In this document: positions 18,546-27,749 of the stretch, piece after piece | How the letters are laid out: each line of letters opens with the position of its first letter | Position numbering within the stretch: position 1 is the first letter of the stretch | Assembly: GCA_963662665.2 (NCBI GenBank) | Contig: CAXXJS010000049.1 | Location: 28,373 to 92,372, forward strand | Reading direction: 5' to 3' | Length of the DNA stretch: 64,000 nt | From: Candidatus Latescibacterota bacterium | GTDB taxonomy: Bacteria; Latescibacterota; UBA2968; GCA-2709665 | The notes under the pieces: generated by a model | What the model was told of the DNA's origin: nothing | The model's input: only the letters and a program-made list of their open reading frames with translations | Databases searched by the model: none | Made by a program: the position numbers and the translations under genes

Positions 18546-20345
18546 ATGCAAAACGGCATTGCCGTGCTGGATTTCGGGGGGCAATACGCCCATCTGATCG
18601 CGAACCGAATCCGCCGGCTGCGGGTCTATTCGGAAGTCTTCCTGCCCACTGTGGACACATCTGAATTAGACGGGTTTTCGGGCCTGATTCTGTCGGGGGG
18701 CCCCGCGAGTGTCTACGATCCGGATCAGCCGGCGTTCAATTCGGCACACCTGAGTTCCGGGCTGCCTGTACTCGGTCTCTGCTACGGGCATCAACTGGTC
18801 TGCCGGGAACTTGGCGGCGAGGTGGCCCGGGGGGACGTCCGCGAATACGGTTCGGCGGAACTGCGGATTCGTTCGAAGGCAGGGCTGTTCGCGGGCATGG
18901 CGTCGTCTCAGGTGGTGTGGATGAGCCACGGCGACGTGGCCAGCCGTCTGCCGGAGGGGTTCGAGGTGCTGGGTTCGACGGAAGACTGCCCGACGGCCGC
19001 CGTGGGAGACGCGCGGCGCAACCTCTACGGACTGCAATTCCACCCCGAGGTTGCGCATACTGCCCACGGAATGGAAATACTGGACAATTTCCTGAATATC
19101 TGCAAGGCGCCGCGTACCTGGACCATGGCCAATTACGCGGAAACCTCAATGGAACAGATTCAGGAGCAAGTGGGCCGGAAGCGCGTGTTTCTGCTGGTTT
19201 CGGGAGGCGTCGATTCGAGCGTGGCTTTCGCGCTGTTTAACCGGGCGCTTGGACCGGAGAGGGTGCTGGGGTTGCATATCAACAACGGGTTCATGCGCAA
19301 GGGAGAATCCGCCGGCGTAGCGGAAGCGCTCAGGGAAGAAGGATTCGAAAATCTCGTTGTAGAGGATGCCACGGAGAATTTCCTGCTTAGCGTGGAGGGT
19401 CTGGTGGAGCCGGAACAGAAACGGCTGGCCGTTGGCCGGGCGTTTATGGATGTTAAGGATCGCGTGCTGGCCCGGATGCACCTGGACTCGGACGGCTGGT
19501 TACTGGGGCAAGGCACGCTCTACCCGGATACCATCGAGTCCGGGGGTACGGAACATTCGGCGGTAATCAAGACGCACCACAACCGGGTCGACGTGGTCGA
19601 GGAATTGATCGCACAGGGACTCGTAATCGAACCGCTGTCGCATTTGTACAAAGACGAAGTTCGCGAACTCGGGGTCGCCATGGGACTGCCGCCGCACCTG
19701 GTCTGGCGCCAGCCTTTTCCCGGACCCGGATTGTCTGTGCGCTGTCTCTGCTCCAGCGGCGACGGCGCGGACGCGCCGGACGCGGAGGCCGAGGAAGTCG
19801 CCCGCGATATAGCGGTCCGCGCCGGGCTTGGGCTCCGGGTGCTTCCGCTCCGGAGCGTAGGCGTCCAGGGGGACTTCCGCACCTACGCGTACCCGGCGGT
19901 TGTCTGGGGTGAGGCGGACTGGACGGAATTGGAGGACGTTTCCACGCGAATTACGAATTCCGTACACGCGATCAACCGCGTGGTGTATCTGCTGGCGCCG
20001 TCATCGCTACCCGAGCTGAAGCTGAAACGGGCATTCCTGACGCAGTCTCGTCTGGATCTGCTCAGAGACGTTGATGCGCTCGCGATGACGGCACTCGAGC
20101 GCGAGGGACTGTCGTCGAGGGTGTCCCAGATGCCCACCGTCCTTTTGCCGCTGACATCCGACGGTAACGCGGAAACCGTGGTTTTGAGGCCGGTGGAGAC
20201 ACCGGACTTCATGACGGCGCGGTTTTCCGAGTTGCCGTTTGATTTCGTGCACAAACTCGCAGGTGAGATTAGCTCGGAAGACGGCGTGGAGGCGGTGTTT
20301 TACGATGTGACGCACAAACCGCCGGGAACGGTCGAGTGGGAGTAG
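18546..20345 (+). CDS. guaA: glutamine-hydrolysing GMP synthase (long form)
   Basis: LDFGGQY, GLCYGHQ, MSHGD, QFHPEV, SGGVDSS, QGTLYPDTIES, IKTHHN, RQPFPGPGL, KPPGTVEWE. Confidence 0.95.
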   Translation: MQNGIAVLDFGGQYAHLIANRIRRLRVYSEVFLPTVDTSELDGFSGLILSGGPASVYDPDQPAFNSAHLSSGLPVLGLCYGHQLVCRELGGEVARGDVREYGSAELRIRSKAGLFAGMASSQVVWMSHGDVASRLPEGFEVLGSTEDCPTAAVGDARRNLYGLQFHPEVAHTAHGMEILDNFLNICKAPRTWTMANYAETSMEQIQEQVGRKRVFLLVSGGVDSSVAFALFNRALGPERVLGLHINNGFMRKGESAGVAEALREEGFENLVVEDATENFLLSVEGLVEPEQKRLAVGRAFMDVKDRVLARMHLDSDGWLLGQGTLYPDTIESGGTEHSAVIKTHHNRVDVVEELIAQGLVIEPLSHLYKDEVRELGVAMGLPPHLVWRQPFPGPGLSVRCLCSSGDGADAPDAEAEEVARDIAVRAGLGLRVLPLRSVGVQGDFRTYAYPAVVWGEADWTELEDVSTRITNSVHAINRVVYLLAPSSLPELKLKRAFLTQSRLDLLRDVDALAMTALEREGLSSRVSQMPTVLLPLTSDGNAETVVLRPVETPDFMTARFSELPFDFVHKLAGEISSEDGVEAVFYDVTHKPPGTVEWE

Positions 20346-20490
20346 GTACAGGATGGCGAAGCATCGTCCGGCCGCGGCGTGACGGAGAACGGGCGGGACT
20401 GTGGGGGTGATTGTGAGTAGCCGGGGAAGAGACAGGAAATTGTATTGAATACGGTGAGGGGTACGAGGGAAGGGTTGGCATTGCAAACGG

Positions 20491-21180
20491 TCAGTCGGAG
20501 GCGACGGCCGTTTTTTCGTCCAGTGCAAGCCCGTCCAGCGCAAAGCGATCGATCGGGGCGGACTGATCGACAAGCCGGTGGCGGGCGGCGAAGGCTGCCT
20601 TGACCCTCGAACCGAGCAGTACGCAGATGAAGAAAACAGCGCCCCCTGCCAGCATGAGGTTGGTGAGATTCAGCATGTTTCCGATCAGTACGAAAATCAG
20701 GTACCGCGGAAATCGCCCCAGAAACACGGCGACCACGTATCGATGCAGAGGATAACCGCTTGCGGGACTGAGGATCCGGAATATGTAGAACGGGATAAAG
20801 GGAACCAGCGCCGCGAACCAGATGGCAAAAAACGGCGCCTTTCGGAAATAATGGACTGCGCCCTTGTAGACGTCGCTCTCACGTGTCCGTCTGATCCTGG
20901 GGATCTGAAACGCGAATTTCATGGCCCGGTAATCGACGAAGCAGGCGATCATCGTGCCGGCGACGGCGGCGAACGCAACAACAACCGGATGGTAGGACCG
21001 GCCAAAGTAAACCAGCGCGGGTTCGTGAGGAAAAGGAACGAATGAATTGGCGGGAATGCTGTAGAAGAAAAGAAAAGAAAGGTTGCGGTAATCCGGCAGC
21101 AGGAGGGCCGCGATGCCGGCAACCGTGAACAGGCCGGCCGAAGCCCCTAGAAACGCTTTCCAGCCCTTACTTATTTTCAT
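20491..21180 (-). CDS. VTT/DedA (SNARE-associated) family membrane protein
   Basis: PFPHEPALVYFG, GTMIACFVDY, VPFIPFY...ASGYPL..Y...VFLGRFPRY. Confidence 0.7.
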   Translation of the reverse strand: MKISKGWKAFLGASAGLFTVAGIAALLLPDYRNLSFLFFYSIPANSFVPFPHEPALVYFGRSYHPVVVAFAAVAGTMIACFVDYRAMKFAFQIPRIRRTRESDVYKGAVHYFRKAPFFAIWFAALVPFIPFYIFRILSPASGYPLHRYVVAVFLGRFPRYLIFVLIGNMLNLTNLMLAGGAVFFICVLLGSRVKAAFAARHRLVDQSAPIDRFALDGLALDEKTAVASD

Positions 21181-21221
21181 ACCCGTCAGTCCCTTTTCTC
21201 GGTGGGAAGTCCTGCTGCGTC

Positions 21222-21250
21222 AATATAAGGGAATCTGTTAAAAGTGTCAA
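21222..21250 (-). promoter_or_regulatory. sigma70-type promoter
   Basis: Minus strand TTGACA-N17-TATATT about 40 nt upstream of the DedA-like start. Confidence 0.6.
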
Positions 21251-21324
21251 CTTGTTTTCAGTTCGCATTCTGAATGTCGCCGATGCGCAGTTCCTTTATC
21301 GACTCCGCAAAGGGCGGACGGTAC

Positions 21325-22677
21325 CTAAAACGTGCTCTCCGGCGTCGTTCCCGGGCACCAGCGGGCCGTGGTCAAGGCCGGGATGAGCGCATTCAATGCC
21401 GAGGGGGTTCCGATTCGTCTGAGGGCCTCGGCGGCGTTGCCCCGCGCGTAACGATTGCCGTCCGCCAGTCCGTTACAAAGCTCCGGGACGGCGGATTCGG
21501 CTGCCGGTCCCAGTTTGGCCAGAGCCAGTGCGGCAATGCGGCGCACGTCGCCGTCGGCGTCCTTCATTCGCCTCCTCAATCCTGAGATCACGGCGGGTTC
21601 CGCAAGGGTGATATTTCCAAGGGCTTCCGCCGACCATTGGCGGACCTCGGGGTCTTCGTGTTCCAGGGTGTCGACCAGATCCGGCACGGCCGCTTCGGCG
21701 CCTTTACCAATATCCGCCAGGATCTGGACAGCCGTGACAGGATCGTTGTCGAGCCTTTCAATCATGCTGGGAACCGCTGGCGCCCCCATCGCGCTGAGGG
21801 CGTAGTGCGCGTTACGACGCACGGATTCAGTCGCTTCGTCCAGCACTCTGGTGAGGTCCGGAATCGCAGGAGCGCCGGCAGTGGCGAGGCGGTAGGCGGC
21901 GTTCAGTGCCGTGTTCTCGTTTGCGTGGTCAAGACACCCGGCAATCCCGGCCACCGGCGCGTTCACGCCGTTCGTGGACGCATGTCCCCGGTGCCAGTCC
22001 CACAGGTGGCCCCACAGCGGGGCGCGATCTTCCGCGCGTTCCCAAGCATCCCGCATCCGGCTGGGGTGCGCGGAATGCTTCCAGCTCGGGGCATCCGGTT
22101 CCTGCATCCGCGCGAACAGGAACTTCATCATATAGCGGGGTCCGTCGCTGGAATTCGCCATGGCCCGGTGCCAGAGGTCGTAGTGCACGATGGTGACGTC
22201 GCCCGCGTCACCGCAAAGCGGCAGTTCCTCGCTCTCTTCGGCGTTATAGGTGTTATTGTAATGGCTGCCGGGCACCACGCCGGTGGGGCCCAGGCGCAAC
22301 GGCGTGGGCTGGGGGTAATAGAACGCCATGGCCCATCGTGTATGGTGATGGCGCCGGTTCCAGCCGTCCATATGCATACGCTGTCCGGTGCTGCCCGGCG
22401 GGTTGCAGTGGCAGTGGCGGTGCGGATGCATGTAATAGTTGGCGCCAAGCAGACCGGTAAGTGCGCCGGCCACGTTCGCGTCGTCGAAGACCTGCCTGAT
22501 TTCCGGCAGCCGTGGAAGAAGGTTATTACCGGGGTTTCCCTCTTTCTCGAATATGGCATCGGTACGTTCGTAGACGTCCTGATGGAATTCCGGCGGAAGC
22601 GCCGTCCTGACGGTAATGAACCCGTTGACGACGTAGAACCGCAACTGCTCGTCCGTGAGTAACTTGACCTCGCGCAT
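21325..22677 (-). CDS. phytanoyl-CoA dioxygenase (PhyH) family protein fused to HEAT repeats
   Basis: HxD...H facial triad (HMDG, DLWHRA..N, PRYMMKF) followed by PBS-lyase/HEAT repeats (AIPDL..L...VRRNA..AL). Confidence 0.85.
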   Translation of the reverse strand: MREVKLLTDEQLRFYVVNGFITVRTALPPEFHQDVYERTDAIFEKEGNPGNNLLPRLPEIRQVFDDANVAGALTGLLGANYYMHPHRHCHCNPPGSTGQRMHMDGWNRRHHHTRWAMAFYYPQPTPLRLGPTGVVPGSHYNNTYNAEESEELPLCGDAGDVTIVHYDLWHRAMANSSDGPRYMMKFLFARMQEPDAPSWKHSAHPSRMRDAWERAEDRAPLWGHLWDWHRGHASTNGVNAPVAGIAGCLDHANENTALNAAYRLATAGAPAIPDLTRVLDEATESVRRNAHYALSAMGAPAVPSMIERLDNDPVTAVQILADIGKGAEAAVPDLVDTLEHEDPEVRQWSAEALGNITLAEPAVISGLRRRMKDADGDVRRIAALALAKLGPAAESAVPELCNGLADGNRYARGNAAEALRRIGTPSALNALIPALTTARWCPGTTPESTF

Positions 22678-22698
22678 GATAGAACCCCTTATTTCGCG

Positions 22699-23886
22699 TC
22701 ACATCTGCCGGCGTCCGGGTTGTCGCGGGTGCGCCAGCAGGGCTTCCTCCACAACGTCCGTGCCCCAGCCCGGCCCGTCCGGGACGGCCATGCGCCCGTC
22801 GACGATACGTGGCGGATTCGTCACCAGGTCGTCTTTCCAGGGCACGTCGTCGACGTCGATTTCCATGATGCGCACGTTGGGAAGCACGGCGCAGAGACTG
22901 GCGCTGATGAACGTTGCCAGGTGGCTGTAGTAGTTATGTGGGGCCACATTCAACTGATAGACTTCAGCGAGGTTCCCGATTTTTTGTGCCTGGGAGAACC
23001 CGTTCCAGGGTACGTCGACCATGAACACGTCGGCCGCCTGACGCTCAAAATAGGGAATATAGCCGCGCATGTGAAACAGATTCTCGCCTGTGCAGATGGG
23101 CGTGGAGGTGGACTCCTTGATCTGCAGGATGGCTTCCGGGTTGTACATGTCAATTTCAAGCCAGAGCAGGTTGAAAGGTTCCAGGATTTTCGCGATTCGC
23201 CTGCAGGCTTCCGGCTTGAAGTTGAAATTGAGGTCCAGGTTGATGTCGACGTCCGGCCCAACGGCTTCTCTCAGTGTTCCCACCAGAGCCTCGATATGGG
23301 CCAGCAGTCGTGTCGAGACGGTCTGGTCGGTCGTACCGGGTTTTCCGGCAAATCCAGGAAAGTAGACGGACCCGGGATTGCCAGGCATGAGGATGTTGGT
23401 CTTCAGCGCCGTGAAGCCCTTCTGCACGACCTCCCGCCCCAGCGCCGCAACGTCATCCAGCGTGCGCAGCGGCGGCTTGCCGATGAGTTCGTGCGCCCGG
23501 ATGCGGCTGGTGCCGCAGTGCGACCAGTAAACGCGGACGTCATCCCTCGTTGGACCGCCGAATAATTCGACTACCGAGATCCCGAGCGCCCGGGCCTTGA
23601 TGTCCACCAGGGCCAGTTCAACGCCTGCCATGGCTTTGGCGGCCGCTCCGTCCGGACTCTGGCGGCTCCATCTCGCCATATCCTGGAAACGCATCTCGAA
23701 CGGGCGCGGGTCCCGTCCGATCAGCACGCGTTTGAAGTCCTCCACGGCGCCGGCGACGCTTGCGGGCATTTTGTCGTCGCTGCATTCGCCCCAGCCGGCG
23801 ATGCCGCTATCGGTTTCCACCTTGACGAACAGCCAGGTACGCCAGCCGGCGTCGACGTGAAACGTCCGTATGTCGGTGATTCGCAT
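22699..23886 (-). CDS. mandelate racemase/muconate lactonizing enzyme family protein
   Basis: FVKVETDSGIAGWGE, GFTALKTN, NLDLN, WLEID, TGEN, APHN, IMEID, PDGPGWG. Confidence 0.92.
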   Translation of the reverse strand: MRITDIRTFHVDAGWRTWLFVKVETDSGIAGWGECSDDKMPASVAGAVEDFKRVLIGRDPRPFEMRFQDMARWSRQSPDGAAAKAMAGVELALVDIKARALGISVVELFGGPTRDDVRVYWSHCGTSRIRAHELIGKPPLRTLDDVAALGREVVQKGFTALKTNILMPGNPGSVYFPGFAGKPGTTDQTVSTRLLAHIEALVGTLREAVGPDVDINLDLNFNFKPEACRRIAKILEPFNLLWLEIDMYNPEAILQIKESTSTPICTGENLFHMRGYIPYFERQAADVFMVDVPWNGFSQAQKIGNLAEVYQLNVAPHNYYSHLATFISASLCAVLPNVRIMEIDVDDVPWKDDLVTNPPRIVDGRMAVPDGPGWGTDVVEEALLAHPRQPGRRQM

Positions 23887-23939
23887 TTTGCGTGCCTCTT
23901 TCGGGGATTCAGGGATTCCGGGCGGGCCTGGCATCACGG

Positions 23940-23978
23940 GAATAAAGAAACAGGGGGCGTTGATCCGCCCCCCTGTTT
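23940..23978 (-). terminator. rho-independent terminator after glnA
   Basis: AAACAGGGGGCG...CGCCCCCCTGTTT hairpin, followed on the minus strand by TTTCTTTATT. Confidence 0.75.
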
Positions 23979-24009
23979 GCGTACTTCGTTTATTCTATTA
24001 TGTATGGCC

Positions 24010-25428
24010 CTACGCGTCGAAATACAGCGCGAACTCGTAAGGATGCGGCCTGAGTCGCATCTCGTCGATTTCGTTCTTGCGCTTGTAGTCGATCCAGTGG
24101 TCGACCACGTCCTGGGTGAAAACGTTTCCCTTGAGGAGGAAATCGTGATCGGCTTCAAGGGCGTTGATGGCTTCTTCCAGCGATCCGGGCGTCTGGGGGA
24201 CTCTGGCCAGTTCTTCCGGTTCCAGATCGTAGAGGTCCTTGTCCAGGGGCTCGCCCGGGTCGATCTTGTTCTCGATGCCATCAAGGCCGGCCATAAGCAT
24301 GGCCGCGAAGGCCAGGTAGGGGTTGCAGGAGGGGTCCGGGCAGCGGAACTCGATCCGTTTGGCTTTGGGGCTGGGCGAATACATCGGGATCCGGACGCAC
24401 GCACTGCGGTTGCGCTGGGAATAGGCCAGGTTGACCGGGGCTTCGTATCCGGGTACAAGCCGTTTGTATGAGTTGGTGGTAGGCGCGGCAAATGCCAGCA
24501 ACGCGTGCGAGTGTTTGAGAATGCCGCCAATGTAGTGGAGCGCCATCTCGCTCAGCCCGGCGTAACTGGATCCTGCGAACAGTGGTTCACCGTTCTTCCA
24601 CAGGCTCTGGTGCACGTGCATACCCGTACCGTTGTCTTCAAAGAGCGGCTTGGCCATGAAGGTGGCTGTCTTGCCGTGTTTCCTTGCAGTGTTCTTGACA
24701 ATGTATTTGTAGAGAATCAGCTTGTCGGCGCACGACAGCAGCGGCGCGAATCGGAAGTCGATCTCGCCCTGACCGCCGGTTGCCACCTCGTGATGGTGGG
24801 CCTCGACTTCGATTCCGCAGTTGAGCATATGCAGGACCATCTCACTCCGTATATCCTGAAGGCTGTCGGTTGGGGGCACCGGGAAGTACCCCTCCTTGTA
24901 ACGGGGCTTGTAGCCCAGGTTCGGCTGCTCGTCGCGACCTGTATTCCAGCGGCCTTCGTCCGAATCGACGAAATAATAACCCGAATTGTTCGTCTGGTCG
25001 AAGCGGATATCGTCGAAGACGAAGAACTCCGCTTCGGGCCCGAAGGTGGCCGCGTCAGCGATGCCTGAAGATCTGAGGTAATTCTCGGACTTTTTCGCCA
25101 CGGTTCTGGGGTCGCGGGTGTAGAGATCTCTCGTGATCGGGTCTTCGATTTCGCAAAACAAAACGAGCGTGGGAACATCCAGGAAGGGATCTACGAAGGC
25201 CGTATCGGCATCGGGCATCACGAGCAGGTCGCTTTCGTCGATGGATTGCCAGCCACGCATGCTGGAACCGTCGAAGCCGAGGCCGTCTTCGAACGTGTCT
25301 TCCTCGACTTCGACCGCGGGCACCGAAAAGTGTTGCCACAGCCCCGGATAGTCCGTAAACCGGAAATCCACGATTTGCACGTTGTTTTCCTTGATCATGT
25401 CAAGGACGTCCTGAGGTGTTCGGCCCAT
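24010..25428 (-). CDS. glnA: type I glutamine synthetase
   Basis: [64 protein letters not shown], adenylylation region DKDLYDL. Confidence 0.97.
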   Translation of the reverse strand: MGRTPQDVLDMIKENNVQIVDFRFTDYPGLWQHFSVPAVEVEEDTFEDGLGFDGSSMRGWQSIDESDLLVMPDADTAFVDPFLDVPTLVLFCEIEDPITRDLYTRDPRTVAKKSENYLRSSGIADAATFGPEAEFFVFDDIRFDQTNNSGYYFVDSDEGRWNTGRDEQPNLGYKPRYKEGYFPVPPTDSLQDIRSEMVLHMLNCGIEVEAHHHEVATGGQGEIDFRFAPLLSCADKLILYKYIVKNTARKHGKTATFMAKPLFEDNGTGMHVHQSLWKNGEPLFAGSSYAGLSEMALHYIGGILKHSHALLAFAAPTTNSYKRLVPGYEAPVNLAYSQRNRSACVRIPMYSPSPKAKRIEFRCPDPSCNPYLAFAAMLMAGLDGIENKIDPGEPLDKDLYDLEPEELARVPQTPGSLEEAINALEADHDFLLKGNVFTQDVVDHWIDYKRKNEIDEMRLRPHPYEFALYFDA

Positions 25429-25520
25429 TCTGCCGCTCCTTTCGCGTGTGGGAAGTTGTACGGTCTACTCCATATATATATCAGAACGAATCCGGAACGG
25501 CGAAAATATACGGGGCATAT

Positions 25521-25558
25521 GTTTCGTTTAAATTGCAAATATGTTAAATACATGTTAA
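25521..25558 (-). promoter_or_regulatory. 11-bp-periodic direct repeats upstream of glnA (putative OmpR/GlnR-type operator)
   Basis: Minus strand TTAAC-N6-TTAAC-N6-GCAAT-N6-GAAAC, including the perfect ATGTTAA-N4-ATGTTAA on the plus strand. Confidence 0.4.
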
Positions 25559-25657
25559 TAGCGTTGGCAGCGCGTTATGCCGGGATAGGGCGGCCGGGCA
25601 CCGCGGCGCCGGCGCGGAAATGGGGATTTCAGCCGATTCGGAGCTCCTGCAAAAGGC

Positions 25658-25686
25658 TTGACAATGACCTGGCATTCGTTTATCAT
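25658..25686 (+). promoter_or_regulatory. sigma70-type promoter for the hrcA operon
   Basis: TTGACA-N17-TATCAT. Confidence 0.7.
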
Positions 25687-25954
25687 TTGTTGGAATATGG
25701 AGTTTGTCAGGCTGCGAGAGTTTTAACTGCCTCCTTCCATGCGGGCTGGTATTGCCGTCCGGCATGTTTAAACGCCACCTTTCATGTTTTCCTCTCTTCC
25801 CCGGAAGAAGCCGTCGAAAGGTCATATACTTCACCTTAACAGCCCGTTGAAAAAGTCCATCCGGGCTGCGTCCGGCCCTTGTGGCCGAATTATTGCGTTG
25901 CGCTCCCTTCCGGATTCGACGCAGTCGCGCGCCTTGTCTACGGCCACAATGACA

Positions 25955-26027
25955 AGTGTTCTGTCCCGGAAATAGATTGCCGGAATTCGGCAGATAAATG
26001 GTAACATATTTCCATCGAAGGGACACT
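25955..26027. mobile_element. internally deleted copy of the 14905 MITE
   Basis: Identical 20-nt left end AGTGTTCTGTCCCGGAAATA, similar TTGCC.GAATTCGGC, then AATGGTAA..TATTT...GGACACT right end. Confidence 0.6.
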
Positions 26028-26045
26028 GAAGAAGGGGTGGGTTGT

Positions 26046-27077
26046 ATGTTGCTGTTACAGGAGCGGGAAGCAGCGATTCTGAATATTCTCATCGGTACGC
26101 ACGTCAATACCGGGGGCCCCGTTGGATCGAGGGCAATCGCCAGGTCCGGGCTGGGTCTCAGTTCCGCCACCGTGCGCAACTCTATGGCCGACCTGGAGGA
26201 GAAGGGCCTGCTCACCCATCCGCATACGTCGGCCGGTCGCGTTCCCACGGATAAAGGATACCGCTATTACGTCGACAGAGTGATGCCCAGGCAGACTCTG
26301 GAGGAAGAGGAACGCGAGCAGATCCGCGAGCGGGTGCGGGCATACGTCCGTGAGGGCGATATCGAAGCATTGCTCGAGCAGATGTCGAGAATGATCGCCG
26401 ATCTCTCGATGAATCTCGGAATGGTTCTATCGCCGAGGTTCGAGCGGGGGGTCTTCGACCGCCTGGAAATGGTCCATCTGTCCGAGGGAAGGCTCCTGCT
26501 GGTGCTTGCAATCAAATCGGGGCTGGTGAAGACGATGGTAATGGAGGTGGACTCCGCCATTGCCCCCGGCGAACTGGATGATACGTCGCGGGCGGTAAAC
26601 GAACGCCTTTCCGGTCTCAGCGTGGCGGAAATCAGAGATTCGGTTGCCGAACGGCTCCGTGAGGTCTCAAGCGGGTCTCCCAGACTCCTGCGCGTGCTGT
26701 GTGACAGCGCGCCAAGCCTCTTTCGCTTCCAAAGCGGTATGGATCTGCACTTCGGCGGGGCGGGCAATTTCATCATGCAGCCTGAATTCAACCGCAAGAA
26801 AAACGACCTGGCGGCCCTGATGGAATTGCTTGAAGCCCGGGAACCGATGATTACGATTCTGGACGAAAGAACCGAAAAAGACGGCATTTCCGTCACGATC
26901 GGCACCGAAAACGGACCGTCGCAACTCCGTGGCTGCAGCGTGCTTACTTCGAGATATCGGGTTGGCGCCATCTCGGGAGTTATCGGGCTGATCGGGCCCA
27001 CTCGCATCCCGTACGCGAGGCTCATACCTCTCACCCGGTATATGGCGGCACTGGCCGAGGAAATGTTGGATCAATAG
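26046..27077 (+). CDS. hrcA: heat-inducible transcriptional repressor
   Basis: PVGSRAI, SSATVRNSMADLEEKG..HPHTSAGRVPTDKGYRYYVD, IGLIGPTRI.Y. Confidence 0.96.
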   Translation: MLLLQEREAAILNILIGTHVNTGGPVGSRAIARSGLGLSSATVRNSMADLEEKGLLTHPHTSAGRVPTDKGYRYYVDRVMPRQTLEEEEREQIRERVRAYVREGDIEALLEQMSRMIADLSMNLGMVLSPRFERGVFDRLEMVHLSEGRLLLVLAIKSGLVKTMVMEVDSAIAPGELDDTSRAVNERLSGLSVAEIRDSVAERLREVSSGSPRLLRVLCDSAPSLFRFQSGMDLHFGGAGNFIMQPEFNRKKNDLAALMELLEAREPMITILDERTEKDGISVTIGTENGPSQLRGCSVLTSRYRVGAISGVIGLIGPTRIPYARLIPLTRYMAALAEEMLDQ

Positions 27078-27098
27078 CAGGAGGTTACACGGGCGCAT

Positions 27099-27692
27099 AT
27101 GGCGAAATCTAACGAAGTCAACGACGAAGAAACACAGGAGGAGACCGCCGAAGCGGAAGCTCCCGCGGAAGTGGAAACGCCGGATCCGCTGGCGGAAGCC
27201 CTCCGGGAGTCGGAAGAGCACCGGGATCGGTGGCTTCGGCTGGCAGCCGAATTCGACAACTACAAGAAACGGAGGTCGAGGGAATTCGATGCCCTGGTGC
27301 AATCGGCCAGCGAGAACCTGATACGAGAATTGCTGCCTGTTCTCGATTCGGTCGCACGCGCGTTGGACCATCGCGCCGACGGCGAGGACGATTCAGAGGG
27401 GTACAAACAGGGCGTCGCCATGATAATGGAACAATTCCCGAAAGTCCTCGAGCGTCGAGGGCTTTCGGAGATCGAGGCCGCGGGCCGACCGTTCGACCCC
27501 AACTTTCACGAAGCGCTGATGCAGATGTCTTCAGATCAGCACGCCGAGGGGCTGGTAATGGCCGTCGTGGAACGGGGGTACCGTATGGGCGATAGAGTCA
27601 TACGCCCGGCAAAGGTTGTCGTGAGCGGAGGGAGCGCGGAAGAGGAGCCCGCAAGCGAAGAAGAAGGCGAGGAAGAAAGTGAAGCGCGGTAA
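27099..27692 (+). CDS. grpE: nucleotide exchange factor GrpE
   Basis: RLAAEFDNYKKR, LLPVLD, FDPNFHEA, GYRMGDRVIRPAKVVV. Confidence 0.96.
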   Translation: MAKSNEVNDEETQEETAEAEAPAEVETPDPLAEALRESEEHRDRWLRLAAEFDNYKKRRSREFDALVQSASENLIRELLPVLDSVARALDHRADGEDDSEGYKQGVAMIMEQFPKVLERRGLSEIEAAGRPFDPNFHEALMQMSSDQHAEGLVMAVVERGYRMGDRVIRPAKVVVSGGSAEEEPASEEEGEEESEAR

Positions 27693-27749
27693 CTCTGAGC
27701 AGGGCCGGAAATCGGCTCTGTTGTTTGTTTTGCCCGACAGGAACGGATA

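Noticed and set aside
25660-25730. CIRCE operator
   Set aside because: CTGGCATTC and GAGTTTTAA each resemble a half-site but are not 9 nt apart.
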